Assembly (NCBI RefSeq): GCF_006345805.1
Contig: NC_043014.1
Coordinates: 39,122,001 to 39,186,000 of the forward strand
DNA: 64,000 nt
Direction of reading: 5' to 3'
DNA from: Octopus sinensis
Taxonomy: Eukaryota
Part shown: positions 37,780 to 49,953 of the stretch, piece by piece
Position numbering within the stretch: the first letter of the stretch is position 1
Layout: every line of letters begins with the position of its first letter
Notes under the pieces: generated by a model
Database searches by the model: none
The model's input: the letters and a program-made list of their open reading frames with translations, nothing else
Told to the model about the DNA's origin: nothing
Position numbers and translations under genes: made by a program

Positions 37780-38232
37780 AAATAATAATAATAATAATAA
37801 TAATAATGAAATTATTGTATACAGTCCTCGGGTGCACCTCAAGTGCTCAGGTGCACCACAAGTGCTCAGGTGCACCACAAAGTGCTCAGGTGTACCACAA
37901 GTGCTCAGGTGCACCACAAAGTGCTCAGGTGCACCACAAAGTGCTCAGGTGCACCACAAAGTGCTCAGGTGCACCACAAGTGCTCAGGTGCACCACAAAG
38001 TGCTCAGGTGCACCACAAGTGCTCAGGTGCACCACAAAGTGCTCAGGTGTACCACAAGTGCTCAGGTGCACCACAAAGTGCTCAGGTGTACCACAAGTGC
38101 TCAGGTGCACCACAAAGTGCTCAGGTGCACCACAAAGTGCTCAGGTGCACCACAAGTGCTCAGGTGCACCACAAAGTGCTCAGGTGTACCACAAGTGCTC
38201 AGGTGCACCACAAAGTGCTCAGGTGCACCACA
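37780..38232 (-). repeat. CR1 3' terminus followed by ~20 tandem 19/20-bp copies of its subterminal motif
   Basis: (aat)n gaaattattgtatacag then (a)aagtgctcaggtg(c/t)accac array at 37841-38232. Confidence 0.9.
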
Positions 38233-38397
38233 GGTTATAATAGAAGACACTTGCAGTGGGACTGAACCTGGGGCCATGTGGTTACGAAGCAACCTTCTTA
38301 CCACACAGCCATGCCTGCACCTATATTTATTCATTTTATTTTTTATCTTTTACACTTATTTATTTTGATTTATATATTTCTTTCTTTTAATTTCCAG

Positions 38398-38501
38398 AAT
38401 TCAGTACCTGTGCCTGCCCTAAAAATGCAAGCATGAAAAAGATTCACTTGCCCTCCTGTAGTGAATATAAGTATTCGTCGTCACCTTTTAGCCTCCGTCA
38501 G
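38398..38501 (+). CDS. Exon E9, degenerate second Cys/His finger (FSTCACPKNASMKKIHLPSCSEYKYSSSPFSLRQ)
   Basis: Strong pyrimidine tract plus ttccag, gtaagt donor; only phase 1 to 0 is open, matching E8. Confidence 0.7.
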
Positions 38502-38545
38502 GTAAGTACAGCAAAATATATTTATATACTTGTTTCAGTCATTTG

Positions 38546-38644
38546 GCACCTTGGACAAGTGTCTTCTACAATAGCCTCGGGCCGACCAAAGCCTTGTGAG
38601 TAGATTTGGTAGATGGAAACTGGAAGAAGCCTGTTGTATATATG

Positions 38645-38743
<99 letters not shown>

Positions 38744-38970
38744 GTATGTGTGTATATATGCTTGTGTGTCTGTATTTGTCCTATCCCCCCAACATCGCCT
38801 GACAACCAATGCTGATGTGTTTACATCCCTGTAACTTAGCGGTTTGGCAAAAGAGACCAATAGAATAAGTACTAGGCTTACAAAGAATAAGCCCTGGGGT
38901 CGACTTGCTCGACTAAAGGCGGTGCTCCAGCATGGCCACAGTCAAATGACTGAAACAAGTAAAAGAGTAA
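38546..38970 (+). mobile_element. 5'-truncated SINE family B with long (TA)n and an inverted copy of its 3' end at the 5' junction
   Basis: 38527-38545 is the reverse complement of 38943-38961. Confidence 0.85.
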
Positions 38971-39377
38971 TGGATTGCAGTTACCACCAATGCGTCTGTG
39001 AACTTTCTTCATGCAATTTTGGTCTGCCCGCTTGGGCTCTTGTGTCTCCCTTGAGGTGTCCATCGGAGGTCTTGCCTTGTAATGTTGGAAACAAATTTCA
39101 TTTAAGGTGTGCTCCAGCGAACCACATTTCCACATCTTCATTTGGGTGTCGATAAGTTACCGGGTTTGTCTGTTCTCACAAGGCTTTGTTTGTGAGTCTG
39201 TCTCATTGTTTCACTGTCTCACCTGGCAGATGTTTCAGACACATTTATTCACAAATGCTTCGAGCTTTTCAATGGAGAACTTTGTGACTCACCATGTTTC
39301 ACACGCACACAGCAGAACCTTCATATTTATATTAAAGAGTCAGTTTTGTGTTTGTTAACAACATCTGTGATCTTCAG

Positions 39378-39482
39378 ATGGGTCTGAAAATACCTGAAGG
39401 CAGCTATAACTTTCCCAACCCTTGTTTTATATCCTCATCAGTTCCATCCTCCTTATTGATGACCCTTCTCAGGATGGAAGCT
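39378..39482 (+). CDS. Candidate exon E10 (MGLKIPEGSYNFPNPCF...RMEA)
   Basis: cttcag acceptor, gtaagg donor, phase 0 to 0, skippable. Confidence 0.4.
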
Positions 39483-39622
39483 GTAAGGACACAACACATT
39501 CAGTCATAAATTGGATCAATCAAGGCTCACCTTGAGCTTAACAACAACACTAACAACAGCTGTTATGGAAAAGAACACCTATTGAAAAATGAAATGATTT
39601 TCTTTTCTCTGTTTTTCTATAG

Positions 39623-39698
39623 AATGATGGGTCTATTTTCCCTTCAAAATCTGAGTGGACCCCACCTGTATACACAACTTCATCAAGTTTTGAAACTG
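39623..39698 (+). CDS. Exon E11 (NDGSIFPSKSEWTPPVYTTSSSFET)
   Basis: Long pyrimidine tract plus ctatag, gtaagt donor, phase 0 to 1. Confidence 0.6.
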
Positions 39699-39949
39699 GT
39701 AAGTAGTTATATTTCAACTTTCTTACTTTTTTTTTTTTTTTTATGCTTTAGTCTCTATGCAGGTAAAAACATGAGCAGGAAGAAAGTTTCAAAAACTTTT
39801 AAGATGAAAAAAAATCAAAGACCCTAAAATTTTTTTTTTAAAGATTGATATATTCCAGCTATAAAAAAAAATAATTTATGTACACACACAATTACTTGTG
39901 CACACATTCATACATATACTCTCTCTCTCACTTTCTCTCTTTCTATTTA

Positions 39950-40081
39950 TCTATGAGTGTCTGTCTACTTATCTGTCTGTCTGTCTATCTATCTATCTAT
40001 CGATCAATTAATCTATCTGTCTGTCTGCCTGCCTGCCTGCCTGTCTGTGTGTTTGTCTATCTGTCTATCTATCTGTCTATC

Positions 40082-40112
<31 letters not shown>

Positions 40113-40139
40113 CGATCGATCGATCACTCTAGATGTTTG

Positions 40140-40210
<71 letters not shown>

Positions 40211-40552
40211 GTCAATTAATCTTTCTATCTATCGATCGATCACTCTAGATGTCTGTCTGTCTATCTATCTATCTATCTATCAATTAATCTATCTATCGAG
40301 AGATCACTCTAGATGTTTGTCTGTCTGTTTATCTATCTATCTATCTATCTATCTATCGATCGATCGATCGATCACTCTAGATGTTTGTCTGTCTATCTTT
40401 CTATCTATCTATCTATCAATTTATCTATCTATCGATCGATCACTCTAGATGTTTGTTTGTCTATCTATCTATCTGTCAATTAATCTCTCTATCTATCGAT
40501 CGATCACTCTAGATGTTTGTCTGTCTATCTATCTATCTATCTATCTATCAAT
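39950..40552. repeat. (TATC)n/(TGTC)n satellite with a higher-order spacer cgatcgatcactctagatgtttgt
   Basis: Spacer recurs six times. Confidence 0.9.
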
Positions 40553-40929
40553 TTCTTAGCCACATTTTCCTGCTGGTATTGACCTACAGATGTATTCAGA
40601 ATTACCATCAGCGGCAACAATCTCTGCCAAACATCATGGACATTTCTGCCTTCTGCCTTGACTAACTTCTAATCCAAACACAGATGTGCTCTACCTTCCC
40701 GTGTTCCCTCATCATATACTTCTCCGATTGCATACAACCACACATCCATCCTTCCATGGTTGCATGCCTGGGGTGTTGATATTTGTTAAAGTAGATTTTC
40801 TTATTTTACAGTTGATGTCCTTGCTAATACTTACTACCCAGTCAGAAAGTGTCTTTACCCTGGCACAGTACGATGGCTGTAGTTAAATCCGAACTTACTA
40901 CCTTTGTGCTGTCAGTAGTCAAGTATCTT

Positions 40930-41660
40930 AACCTCATACACACATGCACACACGCATGCACACACACACACACACACACATGCATACATGCACATACATA
41001 CACATATATATCCACACATCATAACCTCACACCGCCTCAAATCATAACCAAATGCATATGCACCCACACAAACACACACACACACACACATGCATACATA
41101 TATCCTCACATCATAACCTAACACAATGCTCGCACGTCTTCAAATCATAACCAAATGCACACACACACACACACAAGCACACATACACACACACACACAC
41201 ACACATGCATACATGTACATACATACACATACACATACATATCCTCACATCATAACCTTACACATCCTCAAATCATAACCAAGTGCACACACAAGTTAAA
41301 TGCACAAACATGCACACACAAGTAAATGCACACAAGTAAATGCACACAAGTTAAATGCACGCAAATGCACACACAAGTAAATGCACGCAAGTTAAATGCA
41401 CGCAAATGCACACACAAGTTAAATGCACGCAAATGCACACACATGCACACACAAGTAAATGCTCACACAAGTTAAATGCACACAGAAGGTAAATGCACGC
41501 AAATGCACACACAAGTAAATGCACACAAGTTAAATGCACGCAAATGCACACACAAGTTAAATGCACACACATGCACACACAAGTAAATGCTCACACAAGT
41601 TAAATGCACACAGAAGGTAAATGCACATACAAGTTAAGTGCATGCACAAATGCACACACA
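40930..41660. repeat. CA-rich higher-order repeats and ~15-bp aaatgcacacaagt(t) minisatellite
   Basis: atatcc(a/t)cacatcataacct block three times, then minisatellite 41275-41660. Confidence 0.85.
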
Positions 41661-42291
41661 TGCTCTCAAAAGTTAACCTCCACGTGTAACTCAGCTTAAT
41701 CACACACACACACATACATTCTGACATCTTGATATTAAACACATACACACATATCTCTGTATTTTAACGTCTCAAATACGCAAATGTATATACTCACATA
41801 TATACATGCATGTGTTCTCATGCTTTAACCTCACTAAGTGACACACATGTCTATTATGTCTTAACCTTACATACATACTAATACTCTTAACATCTTAATC
41901 TCACAAACACGCAAACTAACAAGAGAAGCCTTTATGTGGTCATTCCGATACACACAGACACACACACAGACATAGACATAAAAACACACAAATATGAATG
42001 TGTGTGTGTGTGCAGTATCTGTATTGCATGTATGTGTGTGAATGTGTATATTCTGAAAAGTAAATAGACATCTTCATTTTTTTTTTTTTTCCTTATGAAA
42101 GATTTTATTTACTAAAACAAAATAATGTCATTTCGTTGGCACTTAAATACTTAATCTAGCATTTAGCAGGCATGACTTGTGCAGTTGTTAATTATTTAAC
42201 TATTTAACACCAATTTCAACATCATACTAATGACTAGTGTCCACACAGATAAATCAGTATATTGAGAGGTGTCTATTTATTTTTGTGATGT

Positions 42292-42325
<34 letters not shown>

Positions 42326-42367
42326 TAATCAATCAAATTCCAACTTAATCAGATTTTCACATTTTAT

Positions 42368-42951
42368 TCATCATCATCATTGTTTAACGTCTGCTTTCCA
42401 TGCTAGCATGGGTTGGATGATTTGACTGAGGGCTGGCAAACCAGATGGCTGAACCAGGCTTCAATCTTGATCTGGTAGAGTTTTTACAGCTGGATGCCTT
42501 TCCTAATGCCAACCACTCCGAGAGTGTAGTAGGTGCTTTTACATTCTACGGGCACGGGGCCAGTTAGGCGGTACTGGCAATGACCTCGCTCGAATCTTTT
42601 TACACATGCCACCGGCACAGGTGCCAATAAGGTGATGCTGGTAACGATCACGCTCGAATGGTGCCTCTTACATGCCACTGGCACGGAGGCCAGTTAGCCA
42701 CTTTGGCAACAATCATGCTCGGATGGTGCTCTTAGCACCCTACTAGCACGGGGCTTAAGTGCCAGGAAGGTGACGCTGGTAACGATCACACTCAAATGGT
42801 ACCTTTTATGTGCTACACGCACAGAAGCCGGTTAGCCGCTCTGTCAACGATCACTCGTATGGTGCTCTTTGCACCCCGCTAGCATGGATGCCAGTCATCA
42901 AATTTGATTTTGATTTTGATTTCACTTGCCTCAACAGGTCTTCGCAAGCAG
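42368..42951 (-). mobile_element. Retroposon family D, long copy with internal subrepeats
   Basis: Reverse complement of 57720-58159. Confidence 0.8.
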
Positions 42952-43086
42952 AATAAACCAGTATTTTCATATTTTACACAATCATCAGGTTTATGTAGTG
43001 ACAATCATGTTCTACAATTGACGTGGAACACGTCTATCACTACATAACCCTGATGATTGTGGAATGTATGAAAGTACTGGTTTATT
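42952..43086. repeat. 135-bp imperfect hairpin
   Basis: ~50-bp arms aataaaccagta..tatgtagtga / tcactacata..tactggtttatt. Confidence 0.8.
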
Positions 43087-43486
43087 TCAGTATAGTAAAA
43101 TTGTAAAAATTGAAAATAATAACATCAGACTAAGTTGGAATTTCATTGATTAATATATTCTTCTATACACAACCATGCAAACTCAGGTGTGTGTGTATGT
43201 GTTAATATTGAACAGTGAGAATGAGTGCTGAACACCACATTGGTGACTAAATGTTCTTTATTCGTGGGTTAACAAAGCTACCATTGGTTTCATGTCGAGT
43301 GAAATCTCTCAATAATTATCAAACCTGCCACATGGAATGTCGTTGTTCATCTCCATCTTGGATGGAAACACCAAGATGGAGATTAACACCAACATTCCAT
43401 GTAGAAGGCTTGGCTTGATAATTGTTGAGGTTTCTCTTGACATGGAACCAATAGTAGCCTTTTTAATGCACAAATAAGAAAAAGTT

Positions 43487-43525
43487 TATATATATATATA
43501 TATATATATATACATACATATATAT

Positions 43526-43563
<38 letters not shown>

Positions 43564-43607
43564 TTATACATATATATACATATATATACATACATATATA
43601 TATATAC

Positions 43608-43640
<33 letters not shown>

Positions 43641-43705
43641 CATATATATACATACATATATACATACACACACACACATATATATATATATAAAAATATA
43701 TATAC

Positions 43706-43736
<31 letters not shown>

Positions 43737-43860
43737 CATATGTATATATATATATATATATATACACATATATATATATATTATATATATATACATACAT
43801 ATATGTACACATATATATATATAAATATATGTATGTATATATATATATATGTATATATGT

Positions 43861-43910
<50 letters not shown>

Positions 43911-43917
43911 ATATTAT

Positions 43918-43986
<69 letters not shown>

Positions 43987-44011
43987 ATATATATTATATA
44001 TATATACATAC

Positions 44012-44062
<51 letters not shown>

Positions 44063-44070
44063 GTATATAT
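43487..44070. repeat. Long interrupted (TA)n tract
   Basis: Direct reading. Confidence 0.95.
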
Positions 44071-44686
44071 ATTTATACCATCATCATCATTATCATCATT
44101 TAACCTCCATGTTTCAGGCTGATATGGGTTGGGCAGTTTGATAGGATCCGGTGTGCCCGAGGACTACATCATGTTCCAGTGTCTGCTTTGTCATGGTTTA
44201 TTCCTCTGGATGCCTTGCTGAAGACCAACCGCTTTACAGCATATACTGGATGTTTATTTCATACTGTCAGTGTTACAAAGGTCACCAAGTGGCTTGCATA
44301 ACTACAAACCCCAAAGTGTGTGTGTGTGTGTGTATGAGAGAGTGAGGTAACTTAATGGTAGAGGATGAGCAGTAGAGAATTATAAAGTATGAGAGAAAAG
44401 GGCCAGCGCAGAGCAAGTTCCTTGCTGGACTATTTGCATTTCAGGAGAGAGGATAGCAACGATCAAATGCAGGTAGAAAACAATAAAAACAGTGGTGATG
44501 AGGAGGGGGTCAAGGTCAACCTTTATCATATGAGAGGGTTGACGATGGGATGGGCATCTACTTCAATAAATTCTGACTCAGGCAAGCATGAAAAAGTGGA
44601 TGGTAAATAATGATGATGATGATGTTGATGATGATGATGATGATGATGATGATAATATTGAAGATTATATGTACTTTCAATTTCAG

Positions 44687-44771
44687 ATTTTATTCCAGAA
44701 CCAATAGTACCATCATTATTAATACAAAGAATAAACAATATTTTAACCAGAAATTCCGACTTATATAATAG
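44687..44771 (+). CDS. Exon E12 (FIPEPIVPSLLIQRINNILTRNSDLYN)
   Basis: tttcag acceptor, gtaagc donor; only phase 1 to 2 is open, matching E11. Confidence 0.6.
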
Positions 44772-45176
44772 GTAAGCCTTTTATTTATTTATTTTAGACT
44801 TTTTCTTTTATTTTATTTTCGAAACTAGCTGATTGCATACTAGGTGATCTTGTAGTTATTTCAAACATCTTGGTAAACTGAAATGAAACAGAAATAAAAA
44901 CATACGTAATAAAATCAAGGAGCAAAGGTCCTTCCCAAGTCATCGGCTCATAAGGCCAATTTCCCCAAATTTTTTGGCATATATGTTACCTTGCTGTCCT
45001 GGATAATGGTCTGTCACAAGATTACTCATTTTCACAATGTGAAATGAAGTGTCTTGCTCAAAATAACAATGCATTGCCCAGTCCAGGAACTGAAATCACA
45101 ATTTTACAATCATGAGTGGAATGCTCTAAGCACTGAGCTACACGTATCCATTCATTATAAAATACCTGTTGTGAAT

Positions 45177-45689
45177 TAAGATATGAACCATTTTGTTGCA
45201 CAATGCGTTTCCATCTTTCCTTTAACTTGAAAATACCCTCTTCCCAGAATTGAGGTGGTTTCATGGCAAAGAATTCATCAAGGTATCTTTTTACGTCATC
45301 CAAGGAATTGAAATTTTTACCATTAAGACTATTCTGCAGAGACCTGAATAAGTGGAAATCCGAAGGAGCAATATCTGGTGAATATGGAGGGTGAGGTAAC
45401 ACATCCCAGCCGAGCTGCAGCAATTTTTGTCTGGTTCCCAAAGCATCAAGTGCCGAAAATGAACTTTGTCTGATTCCCAAAGCATCAAGTGCCGAAAATG
45501 AACATTTTAATGGGTTACAGAATTAACCCAGGTTATAGGAACATAAATCTTCTTCCACGAAAAGATAGCTTAAACTGTACTCTAAATGGAGGTGTAGTCA
45601 AATTCTATTTTATGAACTCAACCATGTTCTAAAATAAGTCGAAAGGTAAGCTACTATAAATTGGCACAAACTTTCCGGACAGCCTAATA
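45177..45689 (-). mobile_element. Internally deleted mariner (Tc1/mariner) element, 3' end lost
   Basis: LGWDVLPHPPYSPDIAPSDFHLFRSLQN motif; TIR tattaggctgtccggaaagtttgtgcc; 39-bp duplication over the deletion junction. Confidence 0.9.
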
Positions 45690-46181
45690 TTTTCCAAAAT
45701 CATGAGCGCTGTGCTGTTTTTTTGATTTTTATAAGCATCAACATTTTTAAACAAGCATTTTTGTTGTCACAGACTCAGAGGCCATCTCAAATGAATTGCT
45801 AAAATGCCACGATCACAGAATCTGAATTTCCAAAAAAAAGAAAAATGACTCCATCAGGGAATCACAACGAAAATGTTTTGATGCAACTTCATTTTTTTCA
45901 AAAATTATCTTTTGTGTTTATGAATTTGTTTTGCAAAATTCCTGATGTGAAACCATGTGTTGAAACAGATATTGTTATATTTTAGGATGGTCATTTGTTT
46001 TTTTTTAAAGCCAAATAAACACATGCACATAATGTACTTGGTGGAGCAGGAGGATACACATGAAGTAAAAAGGGTCACTGAAGAGGTCACAGATGTGTTA
46101 CAAAAGATTTGCAGATGATGGACATAAGATAAAATAAGAATAATAATAATAAACAAGTGAAGAATGGATATATAATACATG

Positions 46182-46808
46182 TGTAACAGGATCAGGTTCG
46201 GGAACACTGGAGGGGTGTCCGATCTGATCCCGTCACATACAATTTAAGTAGAATAAACAGAGACAAAGTCAGGCGGTCTTCGACAACAGTAAGTGGTGGT
46301 TTATTCTGCGGTTACTGGCAAGAACGAAGGCGGCGAGCTGGCAGAAACGTTAGCACGCCGGGCGAAATGCGTAGCCGTATTTCGTCTGCCGTTACGTTGT
46401 GAGTTCAAATTCCGCCGAGGTCGACTTTGCCTTTCATCCTTTCGGGGTCGATAAATTAAGCACCAGTTACGCACTGGGATCGATGTAATCGACTTAATAC
46501 CTATGTCTGTCCTTGTTTGTCCCCTCTATGTTTAGCCCCTTGTGGGTAATAAAGAAATAGGTTACAGGCAAGAACTAGTGCATGTGTATCTCTAGTGGGA
46601 AACCGGCAGCCGAATCCGCAGGACTGGTTGCGATGCTTTCTTGTTGCGGGTCAAGACGATTCGTCGGTTCGCTCCCGCTTCGTTGGGGTGAGGTTCTCTG
46701 AGTGTAGGGTTGTTCCCTGAGAGAAAGTCAAGCCACGTCCAACCGCTAGCGCTGCTCATGCCAGAAAGGCCGATTCAGCGGTCAGGCTTTTAGGTTCCAG
46801 TTCCTGCA
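46182..46808. mobile_element. Solo LTR (TG...CA, 4-bp TSD; Gypsy-like, inferred) with nested SINE
   Basis: catg|tgtaac...cctgca|catg; GC-richer than flanks. Confidence 0.7.
46326..46560 (+). mobile_element. SINE family A, full-length monomer
   Basis: 15-bp TSD gttac(t/a)ggcaagaac; A-box-like tggcagaaacg and B-box-like gagttcaaattcc. Confidence 0.9.
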
Positions 46809-46974
46809 CATGTGCATCATGAAGACATCTGGTGGCCAACCAGAAGTAATCCAATTCTGTGCATGTATGCTGAAACTTACACAGTAGCGTCACTACACAT
46901 ATGTTTATTTGGCACAAAAAAAAATGTCCATCCTGAAATATAAGAATACATTTTATGTTGTTTTATATATATAT

Positions 46975-47318
46975 ACTAGCAGTATCGCCCGGCGTTGCTC
47001 AGGTTTATAAGGGAAATAACTATAAAGCATTTTTAGAGAGTTATAGCCAAAAAAATGGAAAAAATGATGGTAAATTTTTTTTAGACAGTTTGTGGTTTGT
47101 GTTTCTGATTCTCGACCACATGTCGAATTTATCGATTTTTTTCAGAACTGGGGGAACTTTTCAAAATTTTTGCTGCGTTAGTTTTGAATTATGACATTGG
47201 GCTATGTGTGTGTCAAGTTTCATCAGAATCGGTTGAAAGCCGTGGTCAGGGTGAGGGTACAAGCAAACAGACACACAGAAACACGCACAGACAAACTACC
47301 GTTTATATAGAGAGAGAT
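46975..47318 (+). mobile_element. Helitron/Helentron-like non-autonomous element
   Basis: actagcagtatcgcccggcgttgctc...gtttatatagagagagat. Confidence 0.65.
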
Positions 47319-47903
47319 ATATTGAAAAATTTTTTTTTTTTTTTCTAGAAAACTTGATGAGACCAATTTCTTGAAATTACGTTCCCGTTGCACCAGTTGT
47401 CAGTTTGTGTACAGTAATGGTGAAGAGTTTATATGCACGTGTTATATCAGCTCTCGTTTGATGTAAACTCCTGTAATGTTGAACCAATAAAACTTTTTTT
47501 TTTACTTTGTGTTTGCGCGTGTGTGTGTGTGTGTGTCTGACCATATGTACTTTAAAGTCACTCCCTTAATAAACTGCAGTGAATAAATTAATACACAATG
47601 ATTATTTTTCTCTTTAATTTTTTATTCTGTTGTTTTCAGCAAGGGTCACATAGACAGCCAAAATGGTAGAACACCAAGCCTGATATCTTCACCATCACCA
47701 TCATCAACCTCATTGTTATCATCTTCATCATCATCATCATCATCATCATTGTTTAATGTCTGTTTTCTGTGCTGGCATGAGATGGACCATTTCACAGGAG
47801 CCAAAAAGCTAGAGGGTGGTGCTTAGCCCTAATGTTTTACTTTGGTATGGTTTCTATATCTGGATGCCCTTCCTAATGCAAACCACTTCACAGAGTGTAT
47901 TCT

Positions 47904-48320
47904 CTTACTCTTTACTCTTTTACTCTTTTACTTGTTTCAGTCATTTGACTGCGGCCATGCTGGAGCACCGCCTTTAGTCGAGCAACTCAACCCCGGGACT
48001 TATTCTTTGTAAGCCCTGTACTTATTCTATCGGTCTCTTTTGCCGAACCGCTAAGTGACGGGGACATAAACACACCAGCATTGGTTGTCAAGCAAACACA
48101 GCGGGACAAACACAGACACACAAACATACATGCACACACACATATATATATACATATATACGACGGGCTTCTTTCAGTTTCCGTCTACCAAATCCACTCA
48201 CAAGGCTTTTGGTCAGCCCGAGGCTATAGCAGAAGACACTTGCCCAAGGTACCACGCAGTGGGACTGAACCCAGAACCATGTGGTTGGTAAGCAAGCTAC
48301 TTACCACACAGCCACTCCTG
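47904..48320 (-). mobile_element. SINE family B
   Basis: Full-length reverse complement, (tactctt)n tail. Confidence 0.9.
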
Positions 48321-48834
48321 GGTGTTTTGGGGTTTTTTTACATAGCTTGTAAGCCATGAAAGTGGCAGTATTGAGTGGGGTGGCTTTATACCAAGTTATG
48401 AGAGACTAAAGTATGATAGAGGGGACAGACAGAAACAGATGTCTTGCAGTGGACAAAATACAGGGCTGCCCTGGTTGGAAAAGGAAAGAAGATGATAAAG
48501 AGGTATCAGGATATCCCCTCAAATCACAGGAAGGTGAAACATACAAGAATTTGTCCAGAGGATTAGAGGGTGAATGGGTTGATACATGACTACAATCATC
48601 AGCAAAAATATACTTGAACATGGTGCTGTTCATGTTCAAAGGACTAGGGGTAATATTTACCTTTGATTCTCAACCAGAAATTGAAACCTCAGGCTGTATA
48701 TTTCTGCAATTTTTTTCTGTTTTTCCTTTTGTTCTCAGAATTTGCACTTAGAAATTTATGATAGTCAACTGTCAACTTCTTCACAACCTTGGGTCAAGTT
48801 CTGTTCAACTTATATAACCCTCAAAATATCCATT

Positions 48835-49220
48835 ACTAGCAGTATCGCCCGGCGTTGCTCAGGTTTGTAAGGGAAATAACTATAAAGCATTTTTAGAGAG
48901 TTATAGCCAAAAAATAGCAAAAAAATGGAAAAAAAATGATGGTAAATTTTTTTTGAGGGATAAAAAAGGTGGAGTTGCGTCCCCTAGACGGTCTATGGTT
49001 TGGGTTTCAGATTCTCGACCCCATGTCGAATTTATCGATCTTTTTCAGAACTGGGGGAACTTTTCAAAATTTTCGCTGCGTTAGTTTTGAATTATGACAT
49101 TGGGCTATGTGTGTGTCAAGTTTCATCAGAATCGGTTGAAAGCCGTGGTCAGAGTGAGGGTACGAGAAAACAGACACACAGAAAACGCACAGACAAACTG
49201 CCGTTTATATAGAGAGAGAT
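48835..49220 (+). mobile_element. Helitron/Helentron-like element, near-identical to 46975-47318
   Basis: Same termini, with an extra ~40 bp internally. Confidence 0.65.
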
Positions 49221-49508
49221 TTCTGTGAACCAGTTTAACTATGGAATCAACCGTTATAAAGATGAAATACTAAACAGAATTCTTTCTTTTTTTACTTGGT
49301 ACCTGTTGCAGAAGCAACACACCTGGTCTCAGTAATGTCTCTGTCTCTCTCTACCAACTAGTTGGTCAGCAGGGACAAATCTCACACAAGCCTTAATATC
49401 TATCTTCTGTTCATTTAGCAATTAGTAAACTAATTACAACAATAATCATAAATTCTTCAACAAAACTTCTATAAGCCCTTATGTATTATCAACTCGAAGG
49501 AATTGTTT

Positions 49509-49953
49509 GGATCTTTTCAGTTTGAACGGCAGTTTTTTCTAGCGGTGTCATATGAAATTGTCACCCATTATTATGACCCTAGTATCGATCTATTGCATTT
49601 CAATCTATTTTAGAGTTAGAGTTGGTTAGGGTTAGTTAGGGTTAGGGTTAGGGATGGGGAGAAGGGTATCTTTTTTTCTTCATGAATGTAAATAAACCTA
49701 ATCTGTTTCTTAAACGAGGGACATATTCATATGGCACAGAATGTTTTTTAACTCAATGGACGTCATTGATTGGTTGAAATTGCAGAAATTGAAGAAAAAA
49801 AAAACAACAAATATCTTACAAACTATAGAATTTTCTCAATAAAGCCAAGAGAAAAAGATGTTTTATAAACAGATTCTACCAGTATACGAAGTTTAAAATT
49901 TTTTAGTTACCTAGAAATTTTGTTAAAAACTGCTGTTCAAACCGAAAAGATCC
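49509..49953. mobile_element. GGATC-TIR MITE (Merlin-like) with expanded TTAGGG tract
   Basis: Both TIRs; TSD aattgttt/agttgttt; ttagagttagagttggttagggttagttagggttagggttaggg. Confidence 0.85.

Noticed and set aside
37841-38232. Regular array as a CRISPR locus
   Set aside because: Units are head-to-tail with no unique spacers, there are no cas genes, and the unit derives from the CR1 3' end.
49610-49655. True or ancestral telomere / fusion site
   Set aside because: Only a few TTAGGG units, always inside the same MITE.
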